From an uncultured Solirubrobacteraceae bacterium (GTDB lineage Bacteria > Actinomycetota > Thermoleophilia > Solirubrobacterales > Solirubrobacteraceae): a DNA stretch of 64,000 bases. The notes under the pieces are model-generated. The model was given only the letters and a program-made list of their open reading frames with translations. It was not told where the DNA came from and did not search any database. The position numbers and the translations under genes were made by a program. Within the stretch, counting starts at the first letter, position 1. Each line of letters begins with the position of its first letter. The stretch spans positions 88,554 through 152,553 of the forward strand of contig CAWHAP010000014.1 in assembly GCA_963827335.1 (NCBI GenBank), read 5' to 3'. This document shows, in pieces, positions 35,927-45,956 of this stretch.

Positions 35927-36805
35927 ATGACCACTGCCCCGCCTGCATCCCTCACCGCCGTCCTCGACCGGATCGAGACGGCCTCCGCGCTCGATCCGCC
36001 CGCCGCGGTCTACGGCAAGGCCGTGCGCCGCGCCGTCCCCGCCGGCCCGGTGAAGGACGCGCTGAGCGGCACGTGGCTCGGCCACGCGCTGCACCCGCTG
36101 CTCACCGATCTCCCGATCGGGACGTGGACGAGCGCGGTGCTGCTCGACTGGCTCGGCGGGCGGGCCGCGGAGCCGGCGGCCGACCGCCTGATCGGCATGG
36201 GGATCGCGTTCACGCTCCCCGCCGCCGCGTCCGGCGCGACGGACTGGGCCGACACCGAGCTCGGGGACGAGCCGGCCCGGCGCGTCGGGTTGGTGCACGC
36301 CGCCACGAACGTCGGCGCGACCGTGCTGTTCGGCGCCTCGCTCGCCGCCCGCCGGCGCGGCGCGCGCGGCCGCGGCAAGCTGCTCGCGCTGGCCGGCGCC
36401 GGGGTGCTGGGCGCGAGCGGGTACCTCGGCGGCCACCTGTCCTACGCGCAGGGCGTCGGGGTCGACCAGACGGTGTTCGAGCCGCAGGCGGACGAGTGGA
36501 CGCCCGTGCTGCGCGACGACGAGCTGCCCGACGGCGAGCTGCGCTGCGCCGAGGTCGGGGGCGTGCCGGTCGTGCTGGCGCGCCACGCGGGGGCGCTGCA
36601 CGCGCTGTCGGACCGCTGCGCGCACCGCGGCGGGGCGCTGCACGAGGGCGAGCTCGAGGACGGCTGCGTCGTCTGCCCGCTGCACGGCTCCGCGTTCCGC
36701 CTGGACGACGGCGCGATCGAGCGCGGCCCGTCCGCCTATCCCCAGCCGGTCTGGGAGGCGCGCGTCCGCGACGGCATGATCGAGCTGAAGGGGTCGGCTG
36801 TCTAG
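35927..36805 (+). CDS. membrane-anchored Rieske [2Fe-2S] domain protein
   Basis: The N-terminal half has hydrophobic segments (HALHPLLTDLPIGTWTSAVLL...). The C-terminal part has CAHRGG ... CPLHG Rieske ligand motifs. Confidence 0.8.
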   Translation: MTTAPPASLTAVLDRIETASALDPPAAVYGKAVRRAVPAGPVKDALSGTWLGHALHPLLTDLPIGTWTSAVLLDWLGGRAAEPAADRLIGMGIAFTLPAAASGATDWADTELGDEPARRVGLVHAATNVGATVLFGASLAARRRGARGRGKLLALAGAGVLGASGYLGGHLSYAQGVGVDQTVFEPQADEWTPVLRDDELPDGELRCAEVGGVPVVLARHAGALHALSDRCAHRGGALHEGELEDGCVVCPLHGSAFRLDDGAIERGPSAYPQPVWEARVRDGMIELKGSAV

Positions 36806-36818
36806 CATCCCGCGGCGC

Positions 36819-37836
36819 ATGGCCCGCCGCGACGACCTGCTCGAGCTGCTGCGCCCGCCCGCGCACCGCGGGCCGCTGATCGCCGCCGGGGCGGTCCTGT
36901 TCACGCTCGGCATCGCGCTCGAGGAGGTCCGGCTCGACGAGGAGCTGCCCAACGGCGTCCACGTCCTCCTCCTCGCCCTGGCGGCGGCGCTCGTCTACGG
37001 CCTCGGCCTGCAGGCGCGGCCGGAGGGCGGCGCGCCGGCGGCGTACCAGTCCGTGCTGGTCGTGTGCGGTCTGCTGCTGCTGGCGGGCATGCTGCTCGAG
37101 CTGTCGAGCCTGCTCGGCGCGGACTACGACGGCGGCCTGCCGGCGGGCGCGATCGTGTGGACGTCGCTCCTGCTGTGCGGCGCCGCGGTCGTGGCCGCGC
37201 TGCGGCGCGGCTCCGCGGTCGCCGGCGATGGTGGCCGGGCTCGCGGCGGGCGCCGCGGTCCTGGCCGCCGCGAACTGGATCTTCGGCGCCTCGTCGCAGG
37301 GCGTCTACCGCTGGCTCCTGCTGGCGCTCGCGGCGGCCTTCGTGCTCGGCTCGCTCGTGCTGCGCGGGGGCCGGCCGCGCCATGCGGAGCTGATGGTCGT
37401 CACGGCGGGGCTCGCGACGCTGTCGATCGCGGTCATCGCCTCCGCGACGGCGTTGTTCGGCACGTTCCTGATCGTCGGCGGAGCGGGGCCCTCGGACGAC
37501 CTCCTCCCGGCCTTCTGGGAGCTCGTCGTGCTCGCCGCCGGCTGCGGGCTGATCGCCTACGGGGCGGTCGACCGCGTGCCGGGCGCGGCCTGGCTGGGCT
37601 TCGCGCACCTCGCCGCGTTCCTGGTGCTCGCGAGCGCCGGAGCGGACGACACGCTGCAGTGGTGGCCGCTGCTGCTGCTGGCGCTCGGCGGGGGCGTCCT
37701 GGTCGCCGGGCTGCGGCCGCGCAGCCCGCTCCCGCCCGAGCCGGACGGGTACTCCGTCGAGCGCCCGCTCGCCTCGCGCGCCGACGACGACGAGCTGGTG
37801 GTGCGGGTGCGCAACGACGACCCGCCCACTCGCTAG
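36819..37836 (+). pseudogene. polytopic membrane protein interrupted by an apparent +1 frameshift near 37215-37230
   Basis: Frame 0 (from ATG 36819) is membrane-protein-like up to ...CGAAVVAALRRGSAVAG, then turns into Arg/Gly-rich nonsense. The frame +1 ORF from 37228 (MVAGLAAGAAVLAAANWIFG...) continues as a membrane protein to the stop at 37836. Confidence 0.5.
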
Positions 37837-37846
37837 GTTCCAGGGC

Positions 37847-39370
37847 ATGACCGACGCCGAGCACGCCTTCGCGCGCGCCTACGCCGGCGGGCCCGAGCGC
37901 CACCGCACCAAGGCCGCCGAGCAGGGCAAGCTGCCCGTGCGCGAGCGCGTGGCGCTGCTGCTCGACCCCGACTCCTTCGCCGAGGACGCGCTGCTGGCCA
38001 ACTGGGAGGCCGACGGGCTCGGCGCCGACGGCGTCGTGACCGGCATGGGCACGATCGGCGGCCGGACCGTCGCGCTGATGGCCAACGACCCCACGGTGAA
38101 GGCCGGCTCGTGGGGGCCCAAGACGGTGGAGAAGATCCTCCGCATCCAGGAGGCCGCGCTCGCCCACCGGGTGCCGATGGTGTACCTCGTCGACTCGGCC
38201 GGCGCGCGCATCACCGAGCAGGTCCAGATGTTCCCGGGCCGGCGCCACGCGGGCCGCATCTTCTTCAACGAGGTCAAGCTGTCGGGCGCGGTGCCGCAGG
38301 TCTGCGTGCTGTTCGGCCCGAGCGCCGCGGGCGGCGCCTACATCCCCGCCTTCTGCGACGTCGTGATCATGCGCGACGGCAACGCCTCGATGTACCTGGG
38401 CTCGCCGCGCATGGCCGAGATGGTGATCGGCGAGCACGTGTCGCTGGAGGAGATGGGCGGCGCGAAGATGCACACGGGCGTCTCGGGCTGCGGCCACTTC
38501 CTCGTCAAGACGGACGAGGAGGGCATCGCGGCCGCGCGGCGCTATCTCGGCTACCTGCCGTCGCACTGGGAGGACACGCCGCCGGCCGCGCCCCCGGCGC
38601 CGCCCGCCGCGGACGCCACGCCGATCCGCGCGCTGATCCCCGCCGACGAGAACAAGCCGTGGGACATGCGCGAGCTGCTCGACGCGCTCGTCGACGAGGG
38701 CTCCTTCCTCGAGGTCCACAAGCGCTGGGCGAAGGAGCTGATCGTCGGCTACGCCCGGCTCGACGGGCGCGTGGTCGGGATCGTCGCCAACCAGCCGAAG
38801 TTCAAGGGCGGCGTGCTGTTCGTCGACTCGGCCGACAAGGCGGCGCGCTTCATCTGGACCTGCAACGCGTTCGGCGTCCCGCTGCTCTTCCTCGCCGACG
38901 TGCCCGGCTTCATGATCGGGACGGCGGTCGAGCGCCAGGGGATCATCCGCCACGGCGCGAAGATGATCTCGGCCGTGTCGGAGGCGACGGTGCCCAAGCT
39001 CTCCGTCGTCGTGCGCAAGGCCTACGGCGCCGGCCTCTACGCGATGGCCGGCCCGGCCTTCGATCCCGACTCCTGCCTGGCGCTGCCGACCGCCAAGATC
39101 GCCGTGATGGGGCCGAGCGCGGCCGTCAACGCCGTGTTCTACAACCAGCTCGCGGCGATCGAGGACGAGGACGAGCGCGCGGCGAAGCGATCCGAGCTGA
39201 TGGCCGAGTACGCCGAGGGCGTCGACCTGCTGCACCTCGCGTCGGAGCTCGTGATCGACGCCGTCGTGCAGCCCGAGGACCTGCGCGGCGAGCTGATCCG
39301 GCGCTACGCCCGCTACGCGGGGCGCGAGCGCGCGCTGCCGCGCAAGCGCAACGCGATCCCGCCCGCCTAG
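37847..39370 (+). CDS. acyl-CoA carboxylase carboxyltransferase (beta) subunit
   Basis: 507 aa. Motifs GRTVALMANDPTVKAGSWG, GPSAAGGAYIPAFCD and ANQPKFKGGVLFVDSADKAARFI are typical of propionyl/methylcrotonyl-CoA carboxylase beta chains. Confidence 0.85.
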   Translation: MTDAEHAFARAYAGGPERHRTKAAEQGKLPVRERVALLLDPDSFAEDALLANWEADGLGADGVVTGMGTIGGRTVALMANDPTVKAGSWGPKTVEKILRIQEAALAHRVPMVYLVDSAGARITEQVQMFPGRRHAGRIFFNEVKLSGAVPQVCVLFGPSAAGGAYIPAFCDVVIMRDGNASMYLGSPRMAEMVIGEHVSLEEMGGAKMHTGVSGCGHFLVKTDEEGIAAARRYLGYLPSHWEDTPPAAPPAPPAADATPIRALIPADENKPWDMRELLDALVDEGSFLEVHKRWAKELIVGYARLDGRVVGIVANQPKFKGGVLFVDSADKAARFIWTCNAFGVPLLFLADVPGFMIGTAVERQGIIRHGAKMISAVSEATVPKLSVVVRKAYGAGLYAMAGPAFDPDSCLALPTAKIAVMGPSAAVNAVFYNQLAAIEDEDERAAKRSELMAEYAEGVDLLHLASELVIDAVVQPEDLRGELIRRYARYAGRERALPRKRNAIPPA

Positions 39371-39373
39371 CCC

Positions 39374-41263
39374 GTGAAGCCGCTGTGGGAGCCGCCGGAG
39401 GAGCTGCGCGAGCGCTCGCAGATGGCGCGCCTGATGGCCGACCGCGGCGCGGCCGACTACGCGGCCCTGTGGCAGTGGTCGGTCGACGACCTCGCCGGGT
39501 TCTGGGCGGAGGTGTGGCGGCGGTTCGACGTGGGCGGCGAGCCCGGCGAGGTGCTGGCGGACGCCGCGATGCCCGGGGCCGTCTGGTTCCCGGAGGCGCG
39601 GCTCAACTACGCCGAGCGCGTGTTCCGCGGCAAGCCGGACGACCGGGTGGCGATCCTGCACGCCTCCGAGCACCGCGAGCTGGGCGAGTGGACGTGGGGC
39701 GAGCTGCGCGCGCAGACCGCGGGCATCCGCGCCGGGCTGGCGGCGCGCGGCGTCGGGCCCGGCGACCGCGTCGCGGCGTACCTCCCCAACATCCCCGAGA
39801 CGATCGCGGCGTTCCTGGCGGTCGCCTCGCTCGGCGCGATCTGGTCCTCGGCGGCGCCCGAGTTCGGGGCGCGCAGCGTGATCGACCGCTTCGGGCAGAT
39901 CGAGCCGAAGGTGCTGCTCGCCGTCGACGGCTACCGCTACGGCGGGAAGGACTTCGACAAGGGCGCCGCCGTCGACGCGATCGCCGCCGAGATCGGCGCG
40001 CCCGTGGTGCGGCTCGGCTACCTCGACGGGAGCGGGTGGGAGGACGGGTTCCTCGGCGACGATCCGCTCGCATTCGAGCCGGTGCCGTTCGGCCATCCGC
40101 TCTGGGTCCTCTACTCGTCGGGCACGACCGGGCTGCCGAAGGCGATCGTCCAGGGGCAGGGCGGGATCCTGCTCGAGCACCTGAAGATGATGTACCTGCA
40201 CCTCGACTGCCATGCCGGCGACCGGGTGTTCTGGTTCACCACCACGGGCTGGATGATGTGGAACTTCCTCGTCTCCGTGCTCCTGACCGACGCGGCGATC
40301 GTGCTCTACGACGGCAACCCGGGCACGCCCGACCTGAACCGGCTGTGGGATCTCGCCGAGGACGCGGGCATGACCACCTTCGGCACGAGCGCGAGCTACC
40401 TCGCCTCGTGCATGAAGGCGGGGGTCGAGCCGGCCGCGGGCCGCGACCTCGGCGCGCTGCGGGCCGTCGGCTCGACGGGCTCGCCGCTCGCGCCCGAGGC
40501 GTTCGAATGGGTCTACGAGCACGTCGGCGCCGGCACGTGGCTGTTCTCGACGTCGGGCGGGACCGACGTGTGCACCGCGTTCGTCGGCGGCTGCCCCGTG
40601 CTGCCGGTGTACCTGGGCGAGCTGCAGGCGCGGGCCCTCGGCGCCGACCTGCACGCCTTCGACGACGAGGGCAACCCCGTGATAGACGAGGTCGGCGAGC
40701 TCGTGCTCACGAAGCCGATGCCGTCGATGCCGGTCGCCTTCTGGGACGACGAGGACGGCACGCGGCTGCGGGAGGCCTACTTCGAGCACTATCCCGGCGT
40801 CTGGCGCCACGGCGACTGGATCCGCATCACGCCGCGCGGGACCGCGGTGATCTACGGCCGCTCGGACTCGACCATCAACCGCGGCGGCGTGCGCATGGGG
40901 ACGAGCGAGATCTACCGCGCCGTGCTCGCGCTCGACGCGGTGGTGGACGCGCTCGTCGTCGACGTCCCGCGCGACGGCGAGGAGAACTGGATGCCCCTGT
41001 TCGTCGTGCTGCGCGACGGCGTCGAGCTGGACGACGACCTCGTCGCCGCGATCCGCCGCCGTGTGCGCGAGGACTGCTCGCCGCGCCACGTGCCGAGCGA
41101 GGTGCGGGCGATCGCCGAGGTGCCGCGCACGCTCTCAGGCAAGGTGCTCGAGGTCCCGGTCAAGCGGATCCTGATGGGCGAGCGGCCCGAGCGCGCGGCG
41201 AGCCGCGACTCGCTCGCCAACCCCTCCGCGCTCGACTACTTCGCCGAGCTGGCCGCGTCCTAG
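39374..41263 (+). CDS. acetoacetyl-CoA synthetase (acetoacetate-CoA ligase)
   Basis: 629 aa, GTG start. N-terminus PLWEPPEEL...MARLMA...LWQWSVDDLAGFW. AMP-binding motif YSSGTTGLPKAIV. Confidence 0.85.
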   Translation: MKPLWEPPEELRERSQMARLMADRGAADYAALWQWSVDDLAGFWAEVWRRFDVGGEPGEVLADAAMPGAVWFPEARLNYAERVFRGKPDDRVAILHASEHRELGEWTWGELRAQTAGIRAGLAARGVGPGDRVAAYLPNIPETIAAFLAVASLGAIWSSAAPEFGARSVIDRFGQIEPKVLLAVDGYRYGGKDFDKGAAVDAIAAEIGAPVVRLGYLDGSGWEDGFLGDDPLAFEPVPFGHPLWVLYSSGTTGLPKAIVQGQGGILLEHLKMMYLHLDCHAGDRVFWFTTTGWMMWNFLVSVLLTDAAIVLYDGNPGTPDLNRLWDLAEDAGMTTFGTSASYLASCMKAGVEPAAGRDLGALRAVGSTGSPLAPEAFEWVYEHVGAGTWLFSTSGGTDVCTAFVGGCPVLPVYLGELQARALGADLHAFDDEGNPVIDEVGELVLTKPMPSMPVAFWDDEDGTRLREAYFEHYPGVWRHGDWIRITPRGTAVIYGRSDSTINRGGVRMGTSEIYRAVLALDAVVDALVVDVPRDGEENWMPLFVVLRDGVELDDDLVAAIRRRVREDCSPRHVPSEVRAIAEVPRTLSGKVLEVPVKRILMGERPERAASRDSLANPSALDYFAELAAS

Positions 41264-42255
41264 CCGCGCGGCGCAGCGAGCCTGAGGGCGCGCGCGACCG
41301 CCTCCGCGTGGCCGGGCGGCACCTCGGCGGCGGGCACGCCCCGGGGACCGTCGCGGCGCGGGGCGAGGCCGGCGGCCAGCAGCGCGGCGCGCCACTGCGG
41401 ATGGCGGCTGCGCGCCGCGCCGGGCCGGACGTGCAGGAGCGCGGTGCGCGCGGGATCGAGCCGCTCGCGCCGCAGGTGGGCGCGCAGCGCGTCCGGCCCG
41501 GCGAGCACCAGCCCCGTGTTCACGCCGGCGGGGGCGTCGCGCACGAGCGCGGCGTGGGCGGCGAGCGCGGCCGCCAGCGCCTCCGTCTCAGGTCCGCCGT
41601 CGCCGGGCCGCGCGACGGCGGCGTCGAGCGCGGCGGTCGCGGCCGCGAGCAGGACGACGGTGGGGACGAGCTGGAGCGCGCCGAGCAGCGTCCCCTCCGC
41701 GCCGGCCGCGCGCGCCGCGGCGGCCGCGGTGACGGCGAGCGCGGCGACGGCGAGCCACGCGAGGCCGCCGGGCACGCGCGCGAGCCGCCGCGCGACGCCC
41801 GCGCGCGGCGCGTCGGTGCGCGCGACGAGGAGCAGGTCGACGGGCGGGGCCTCCGGCGCGTCGCCGCCGGCCGCGCCCGTCCACAGCGCGTCGCCCGCCG
41901 ACGGCGCCACCAGCACGACCTGCGTCGCCCGGCGCGGCAGCAGCAGGCGGAGCGGGCTCGCCCGCCCAGCGACGTCGAGCCCGACGCAGAGCGCCGCGAG
42001 CGCGGTCGCGACCAGCCCCGCGACCGGCGCGCCGATCGCGACGAGCCCGCCGATCGCGCAACCCGCGCAGCCGAGCGCGAGCGCGACGTCGCGGCGCGGG
42101 CGCACCCAGTGCGCCTCGACCCACGCCTCGTGCCCGCGGGCGCGCAGGTCGTCGTGCACGGCGACCGCGAGGCGGCGCTCGGCGTCGCTGCACGCCGTGC
42201 CGGCGACCCGCATCGCGGTGGCCGCTCCCGCGCCCCGCATGCCCGGCGTCGCCAT
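41260..42255 (-). CDS. hypothetical membrane protein
   Basis: This is the only non-shadow-like frame here. It has several hydrophobic segments (ALALGCAGCAIGGLVAIGAPVAGLVATALAAL; LAWLAVAALAVTAAAAA; LQLVPTVVLLAAATAAL). I do not recognise a family. Confidence 0.45.
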   Translation of the reverse strand: MATPGMRGAGAATAMRVAGTACSDAERRLAVAVHDDLRARGHEAWVEAHWVRPRRDVALALGCAGCAIGGLVAIGAPVAGLVATALAALCVGLDVAGRASPLRLLLPRRATQVVLVAPSAGDALWTGAAGGDAPEAPPVDLLLVARTDAPRAGVARRLARVPGGLAWLAVAALAVTAAAAARAAGAEGTLLGALQLVPTVVLLAAATAALDAAVARPGDGGPETEALAAALAAHAALVRDAPAGVNTGLVLAGPDALRAHLRRERLDPARTALLHVRPGAARSRHPQWRAALLAAGLAPRRDGPRGVPAAEVPPGHAEAVARALRLAAPRG

Positions 42256-42287
42256 GGCGCGACAACCTACCGCTAGGGTCCTGCGCC

Positions 42288-43652
42288 GTGGACGCCACCG
42301 ACCTCGCCTTCGCCGGGCTCGCCCGCCAGGCCGAGCTCGTCCGCGAGGGAGCGGTGACGGCGCGCGAGCTGGTGGAGCTGTACCTCGAGCGGATCGCCCG
42401 ACTGGACCCGCAGCTCAACGCGTTCCGGGTCGTGCTCGCCGAGGAGGCGCTCGCGGCGGCCGACGCGGCCGACGGGCGTCGCGGCGCCGGCGCACCGCCG
42501 CTCAACGGCGTGCCGGTGGCGATCAAGGACGACACCGACGTCGCGGGCCAGATCACCGCGCACGGCTCGCTGGGCCACGGCCCGCCCGCCGGGCGCGACG
42601 CCGAGGTCGTGCGCCGCCTGCGCGCCGCCGGCGCCCTGGTGATCGGCAAGACCCACGTGCCCGAGCTCGAGGCGCTGGCCACCACGGAGTCGCTCGCCTT
42701 CGGCGCCACCCGGAACCCGTGGGACCCGGCGCGGATCGCCGGCGGGTCGAGCGGCGGCTCGGCGGCCGCCGTCGCCGCCGGCCTCGCCGCCGCCGCGCTC
42801 GGCACCGACGGCGCCGGCTCGATCCGCATCCCGGCCGCCTGCTGCGGCCTGTTCGGCCTCAAGCCGCAGCGCGACCGCGTCCCGATGGCGAGCGACTGGC
42901 GCGGCATGTCCACGGCCGGTCCGCTCACGCGGAGCGTGCGCGACGCCGCGCTGTTCTACGACGCCGTCAAGGACGGCGGCCCGTCGTTCGCCGAGGCCGC
43001 CGCGCGCCCGCCCGGCCGGCTGCGGATCGCCTGGTCGCTCGCCGTCCCGCGCGGCTCGACCGCGCGGGTGCACCCCGAGATGCGCGGGCTGGTCGAGCGC
43101 ACCGCGGCGCGCCTGCGCGACCTCGGCCATGCCGTCGAGCAGCGCGATCCGGACTACGGCACCGCGATCGTGCGCGTGACGACGCGCTACCTGGAGGGCA
43201 TCAGCGGCGACGCCGCGGCGCTGCCGCACCCGGAGCGGCTGGCCCGCTGGACGCGCGGCCTGGCGCGCATGGGCGACCGGATCCCGCGTCCACTGGTCGC
43301 GCGGGCGCACGCCCTGGAGGCCGCCGACCGCGACCGCCTCGGCGTGTTCGGCGACTGCGACGTCCTGCTCACGCCCGTGCTCACCCGCCGGCCGCCGCCG
43401 CTGGGCGCGTGGCTCGGGCTGCCCGCCCCGCTGCTGCTCAACGGCATGGCCAACTTCATCCCCCACCTCCCGATCTGGAACCACGTCGGCCAGCCCGCCG
43501 CCGCCGTGCCGGTCGAGGCGGCGCCCGACGGCATCCCGCTCGCCGTGCAGCTCGTCGGCCGCCCGGGGGACGAGGCGACGCTGCTGTCGCTCTCCGCGCA
43601 GCTCGAGGCCGACACCGGCTGGACCGCCCGCCGGCCGCCGCTCGCCGCATGA
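42288..43652 (+). CDS. amidase-signature family amidase (second paralogue)
   Basis: GTG start. Motifs GVPVAIKDD, GGSSGGSAAAVAAG and GTDGAGSIRIPAA. Confidence 0.85.
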   Translation: MDATDLAFAGLARQAELVREGAVTARELVELYLERIARLDPQLNAFRVVLAEEALAAADAADGRRGAGAPPLNGVPVAIKDDTDVAGQITAHGSLGHGPPAGRDAEVVRRLRAAGALVIGKTHVPELEALATTESLAFGATRNPWDPARIAGGSSGGSAAAVAAGLAAAALGTDGAGSIRIPAACCGLFGLKPQRDRVPMASDWRGMSTAGPLTRSVRDAALFYDAVKDGGPSFAEAAARPPGRLRIAWSLAVPRGSTARVHPEMRGLVERTAARLRDLGHAVEQRDPDYGTAIVRVTTRYLEGISGDAAALPHPERLARWTRGLARMGDRIPRPLVARAHALEAADRDRLGVFGDCDVLLTPVLTRRPPPLGAWLGLPAPLLLNGMANFIPHLPIWNHVGQPAAAVPVEAAPDGIPLAVQLVGRPGDEATLLSLSAQLEADTGWTARRPPLAA

Positions 43653-44428
43653 GCTCGCAGGACGAGCTGCTGGCGCTCGCGACCGGCGTCGCCCGCGAGG
43701 CGGGCGCGGAGCTGCGCACCGCCTTCGGCCGCCTCGGCGAGCTGGAGATCAGCGCGAAGTCGACGCCGACCGACCTCGTGTCGGAGGCCGACGTGGCCAC
43801 CGAGCGGCTGATCCGCGCGCGCCTGGAGGACGCCCGGCCGGACGACGCGATCCTCGGCGAGGAGGGCGACGACCGGGCCGGCACGAGCGGGTTGCGCTGG
43901 GTCGTGGATCCCCTCGACGGCACCGTGAACTTCCTGTTCGGGATCCCGCAGTGGTGCGTGAGCATCGCCGTCGAGGACGCGGGCGGCGCGCTCGCCGGCG
44001 TCGTGTACGACCCGATGCGCGACGAGACCTGGGCCGCGACGCGCGACGGCGCCGCCACGCTCGACGGCGCGCCGCTGCGCCCGCCGGCGCGCGGCGGCCT
44101 CGAGACGGCGCTCGTGGCCACGGGCTTCGGCTACGACGCCGGCGTGCGCGCGCAGCAGGCCGCGATCGTCGCCCGGCTGCTGCCGCGGGTGCGCGACGTG
44201 CGGCGGCTCGGCGCTGCCGCGCTCGACCTGGCGTGGGTCGCCGCCGGCCGCTACGACGGCTACTTCGAGCGCGGCGTCAAGCACTGGGACGTCGCCGCGG
44301 GCGCGCTCATCTGCACCCGCGCGGGCCTCGCCGTGCACGCGCTGCCGCCCGCCCCGCCGGCGGCCGGCGGTCTGCTCGCCGCGGCGCCCGGCATCGCCGG
44401 CGAGCTGCTCGCGCTCGTGACCGACTGA
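43649..44428 (+). CDS. inositol monophosphatase family protein
   Basis: ATG 43649 overlaps the amidase stop (ATGA). Motifs EADVATERLI, WVVDPLDGTVNF and WDVAAG. Confidence 0.85.
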   Translation: MSSQDELLALATGVAREAGAELRTAFGRLGELEISAKSTPTDLVSEADVATERLIRARLEDARPDDAILGEEGDDRAGTSGLRWVVDPLDGTVNFLFGIPQWCVSIAVEDAGGALAGVVYDPMRDETWAATRDGAATLDGAPLRPPARGGLETALVATGFGYDAGVRAQQAAIVARLLPRVRDVRRLGAAALDLAWVAAGRYDGYFERGVKHWDVAAGALICTRAGLAVHALPPAPPAAGGLLAAAPGIAGELLALVTD

Positions 44429-44457
44429 TCGGCATGCCGCCTGGGTAGGGCAGCGAT

Positions 44458-44700
44458 ATGACCATCGCCGCCGTCGCAGTCTTCTGCGTCCTCCTCCTCG
44501 TCCTCGCCTTCCTGCTGCCGCGCCTCTCGCGGCACCCCGAGCGCGGCGGCCAGAAGGTCGCGGGCGCGCCCACGAAGGTCACCGACCACGCGCCGGGCAA
44601 GCTCGGTCACTGGCTGAGCAAGCCGTTCCGCAGCAGCCAGAAGGCGATCTCCAAGTCCGGCAGCACCGGCCGCAAGGGCCGGGACAAGATGCCGTTCTGA
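44458..44700 (+). CDS. small membrane protein (one N-terminal TM helix, basic tail)
   Basis: MTIAAVAVFCVLLLVLAFLLPRL followed by a Lys/Ser-rich tail. 80 aa. Confidence 0.55.
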   Translation: MTIAAVAVFCVLLLVLAFLLPRLSRHPERGGQKVAGAPTKVTDHAPGKLGHWLSKPFRSSQKAISKSGSTGRKGRDKMPF

Positions 44701-44794
44701 GGATTGCGCGGATCCGCACGAACGAGCAGTACATGTGTTGAGGTTCGGGTCCGGGCGCTTGTGCGATCCGCGGGTCGCCGCGTAGCCTCGCGGC

Positions 44795-44980
44795 ATGGTC
44801 GCACTCGCCTCCGAACTCGGCACCCTCGTCCTCGCGGTGCTGTTCTGCGCGCTCTCGGTCGCGCTCTGCGCCGCGATCGTCCTCGCCGTCGCCTCCGTGT
44901 ACCGGACGAGCGCCGCGATGGTCCGCCGACTCGTGCACCGGGACGAGCTCGTCGCACGGACGCAGTTCGACCGGTACTAG
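44795..44980 (+). CDS. small membrane protein
   Basis: 61 aa. LGTLVLAVLFCALSVALCAAIVLAVASV hydrophobic core. It ends 3 nt before tRNA-Leu. Confidence 0.4.
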   Translation: MVALASELGTLVLAVLFCALSVALCAAIVLAVASVYRTSAAMVRRLVHRDELVARTQFDRY

Positions 44981-44983
44981 CAG

Positions 44984-45070
44984 TACCCGGGGCGGGACTC
45001 GAACCCGCACGGCCGCGAAGGGCCAACGGCTTTTGAGGCCGTCGTGTCTGACCAGTTCCACCACCCGGGC
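44984..45070 (-). tRNA. tRNA-Leu (anticodon CAA), type II with long variable arm
   Basis: I folded the minus strand by hand. Acceptor GCCCGGG/CCCGGGT, anticodon arm ACGGC-CTCAAAA-GCCGT, variable stem GGCC/GGCC, T arm GCGGG-TTCGAGT-CCCGC. No encoded CCA. Confidence 0.9.
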
Positions 45071-45098
45071 GGGGTGCCCCACATGATATGGACGGGGC

Positions 45099-45956
45099 AT
45101 GAGCTCCCCTGACAGCGTCGCCGTGCTCGGCACGGGCATCATGGGTGCGCCGATGGCGCGCCACCTCGCCGCGGCCGGCTTCCCGGTGCGGGCCTGGAAC
45201 CGCAGCCCGGAGAAGGCGGAGCCGCTGCGCGCCGCCGGCGCGGAGGTCGCGGCCTCGCCCGCCGAGGCCGCCGCGGGGGCCGCGGTCCTGCTGACCATGC
45301 TCACCGACGCGGACGCCGTGCTCGAGACCGCCGGCGCCGCGCTCGACGGGCAGGACGTGTGGGTCCAGGCCTCGACGGTCGGCATCGAGGGGACGGAGCG
45401 CTGCGCGGCGCTGGCCGCCGAGCGCGGCGTCGCCTTCGTCGACGCGCCCGTGCTCGGCACGCGCCAGCCGGCGGAGGACGGCCGGCTGATCGTGCTCGGG
45501 TCGGGGCCCGCTGACGTGCGCGAGCGCCTCGATCCGCTGTTCGGCGCCTTCGCCGCGCGCACGCTGTGGCTCGGCGAGGCGGGCGCCGGCACGCGCCTCA
45601 AGCTCGTCGCCAACACGTGGGTGCTGGCGCTGGTGGAGGGGCTCGCGGAGACGCTGGCGCTCGCCGAGGGGCTCGGCGTCGCGCCCGCGTCCTTCCTCGA
45701 CGCGATCGCCGGCGGGCCGCTCGACGCGGGCTACGCGCAGGCGAAGGGCCGGGGCATGATCGCGCGCGACTTCGCGCCCGCGTTCCCGCTGCGCCACGCC
45801 GCGAAGGACCTGCGGCTGGTGGAGGACGCGGCGGCGCGCCACGAGCTCGACGTCCCGCTCGTCGCCGCGATCGCCGCGCGCTTCGCCGAGGGCGTCGAGC
45901 GCGGGCACGGCGACCTCGACATGTCCGCCACGTTCCTCACGACCGCCGAGCGCTGA
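45099..45956 (+). CDS. NAD(P)-dependent beta-hydroxyacid dehydrogenase (3-hydroxyisobutyrate / 6-phosphogluconate dehydrogenase-like)
   Basis: VAVLGTGIMGAPMARHLAAAGFPVRAWNRS Rossmann motif. The later LKLVANT block is typical of the family. Confidence 0.85.
   Translation: MSSPDSVAVLGTGIMGAPMARHLAAAGFPVRAWNRSPEKAEPLRAAGAEVAASPAEAAAGAAVLLTMLTDADAVLETAGAALDGQDVWVQASTVGIEGTERCAALAAERGVAFVDAPVLGTRQPAEDGRLIVLGSGPADVRERLDPLFGAFAARTLWLGEAGAGTRLKLVANTWVLALVEGLAETLALAEGLGVAPASFLDAIAGGPLDAGYAQAKGRGMIARDFAPAFPLRHAAKDLRLVEDAAARHELDVPLVAAIAARFAEGVERGHGDLDMSATFLTTAER

Noticed and set aside
36819-37850. Taking ORF 36819..37850 at face value as an intact 343-aa protein
   Set aside because: Its last ~200 residues are Arg/Gly/Ala-rich nonsense, while the overlapping +1 frame encodes proper TM helices. 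It is better explained by a frameshift.
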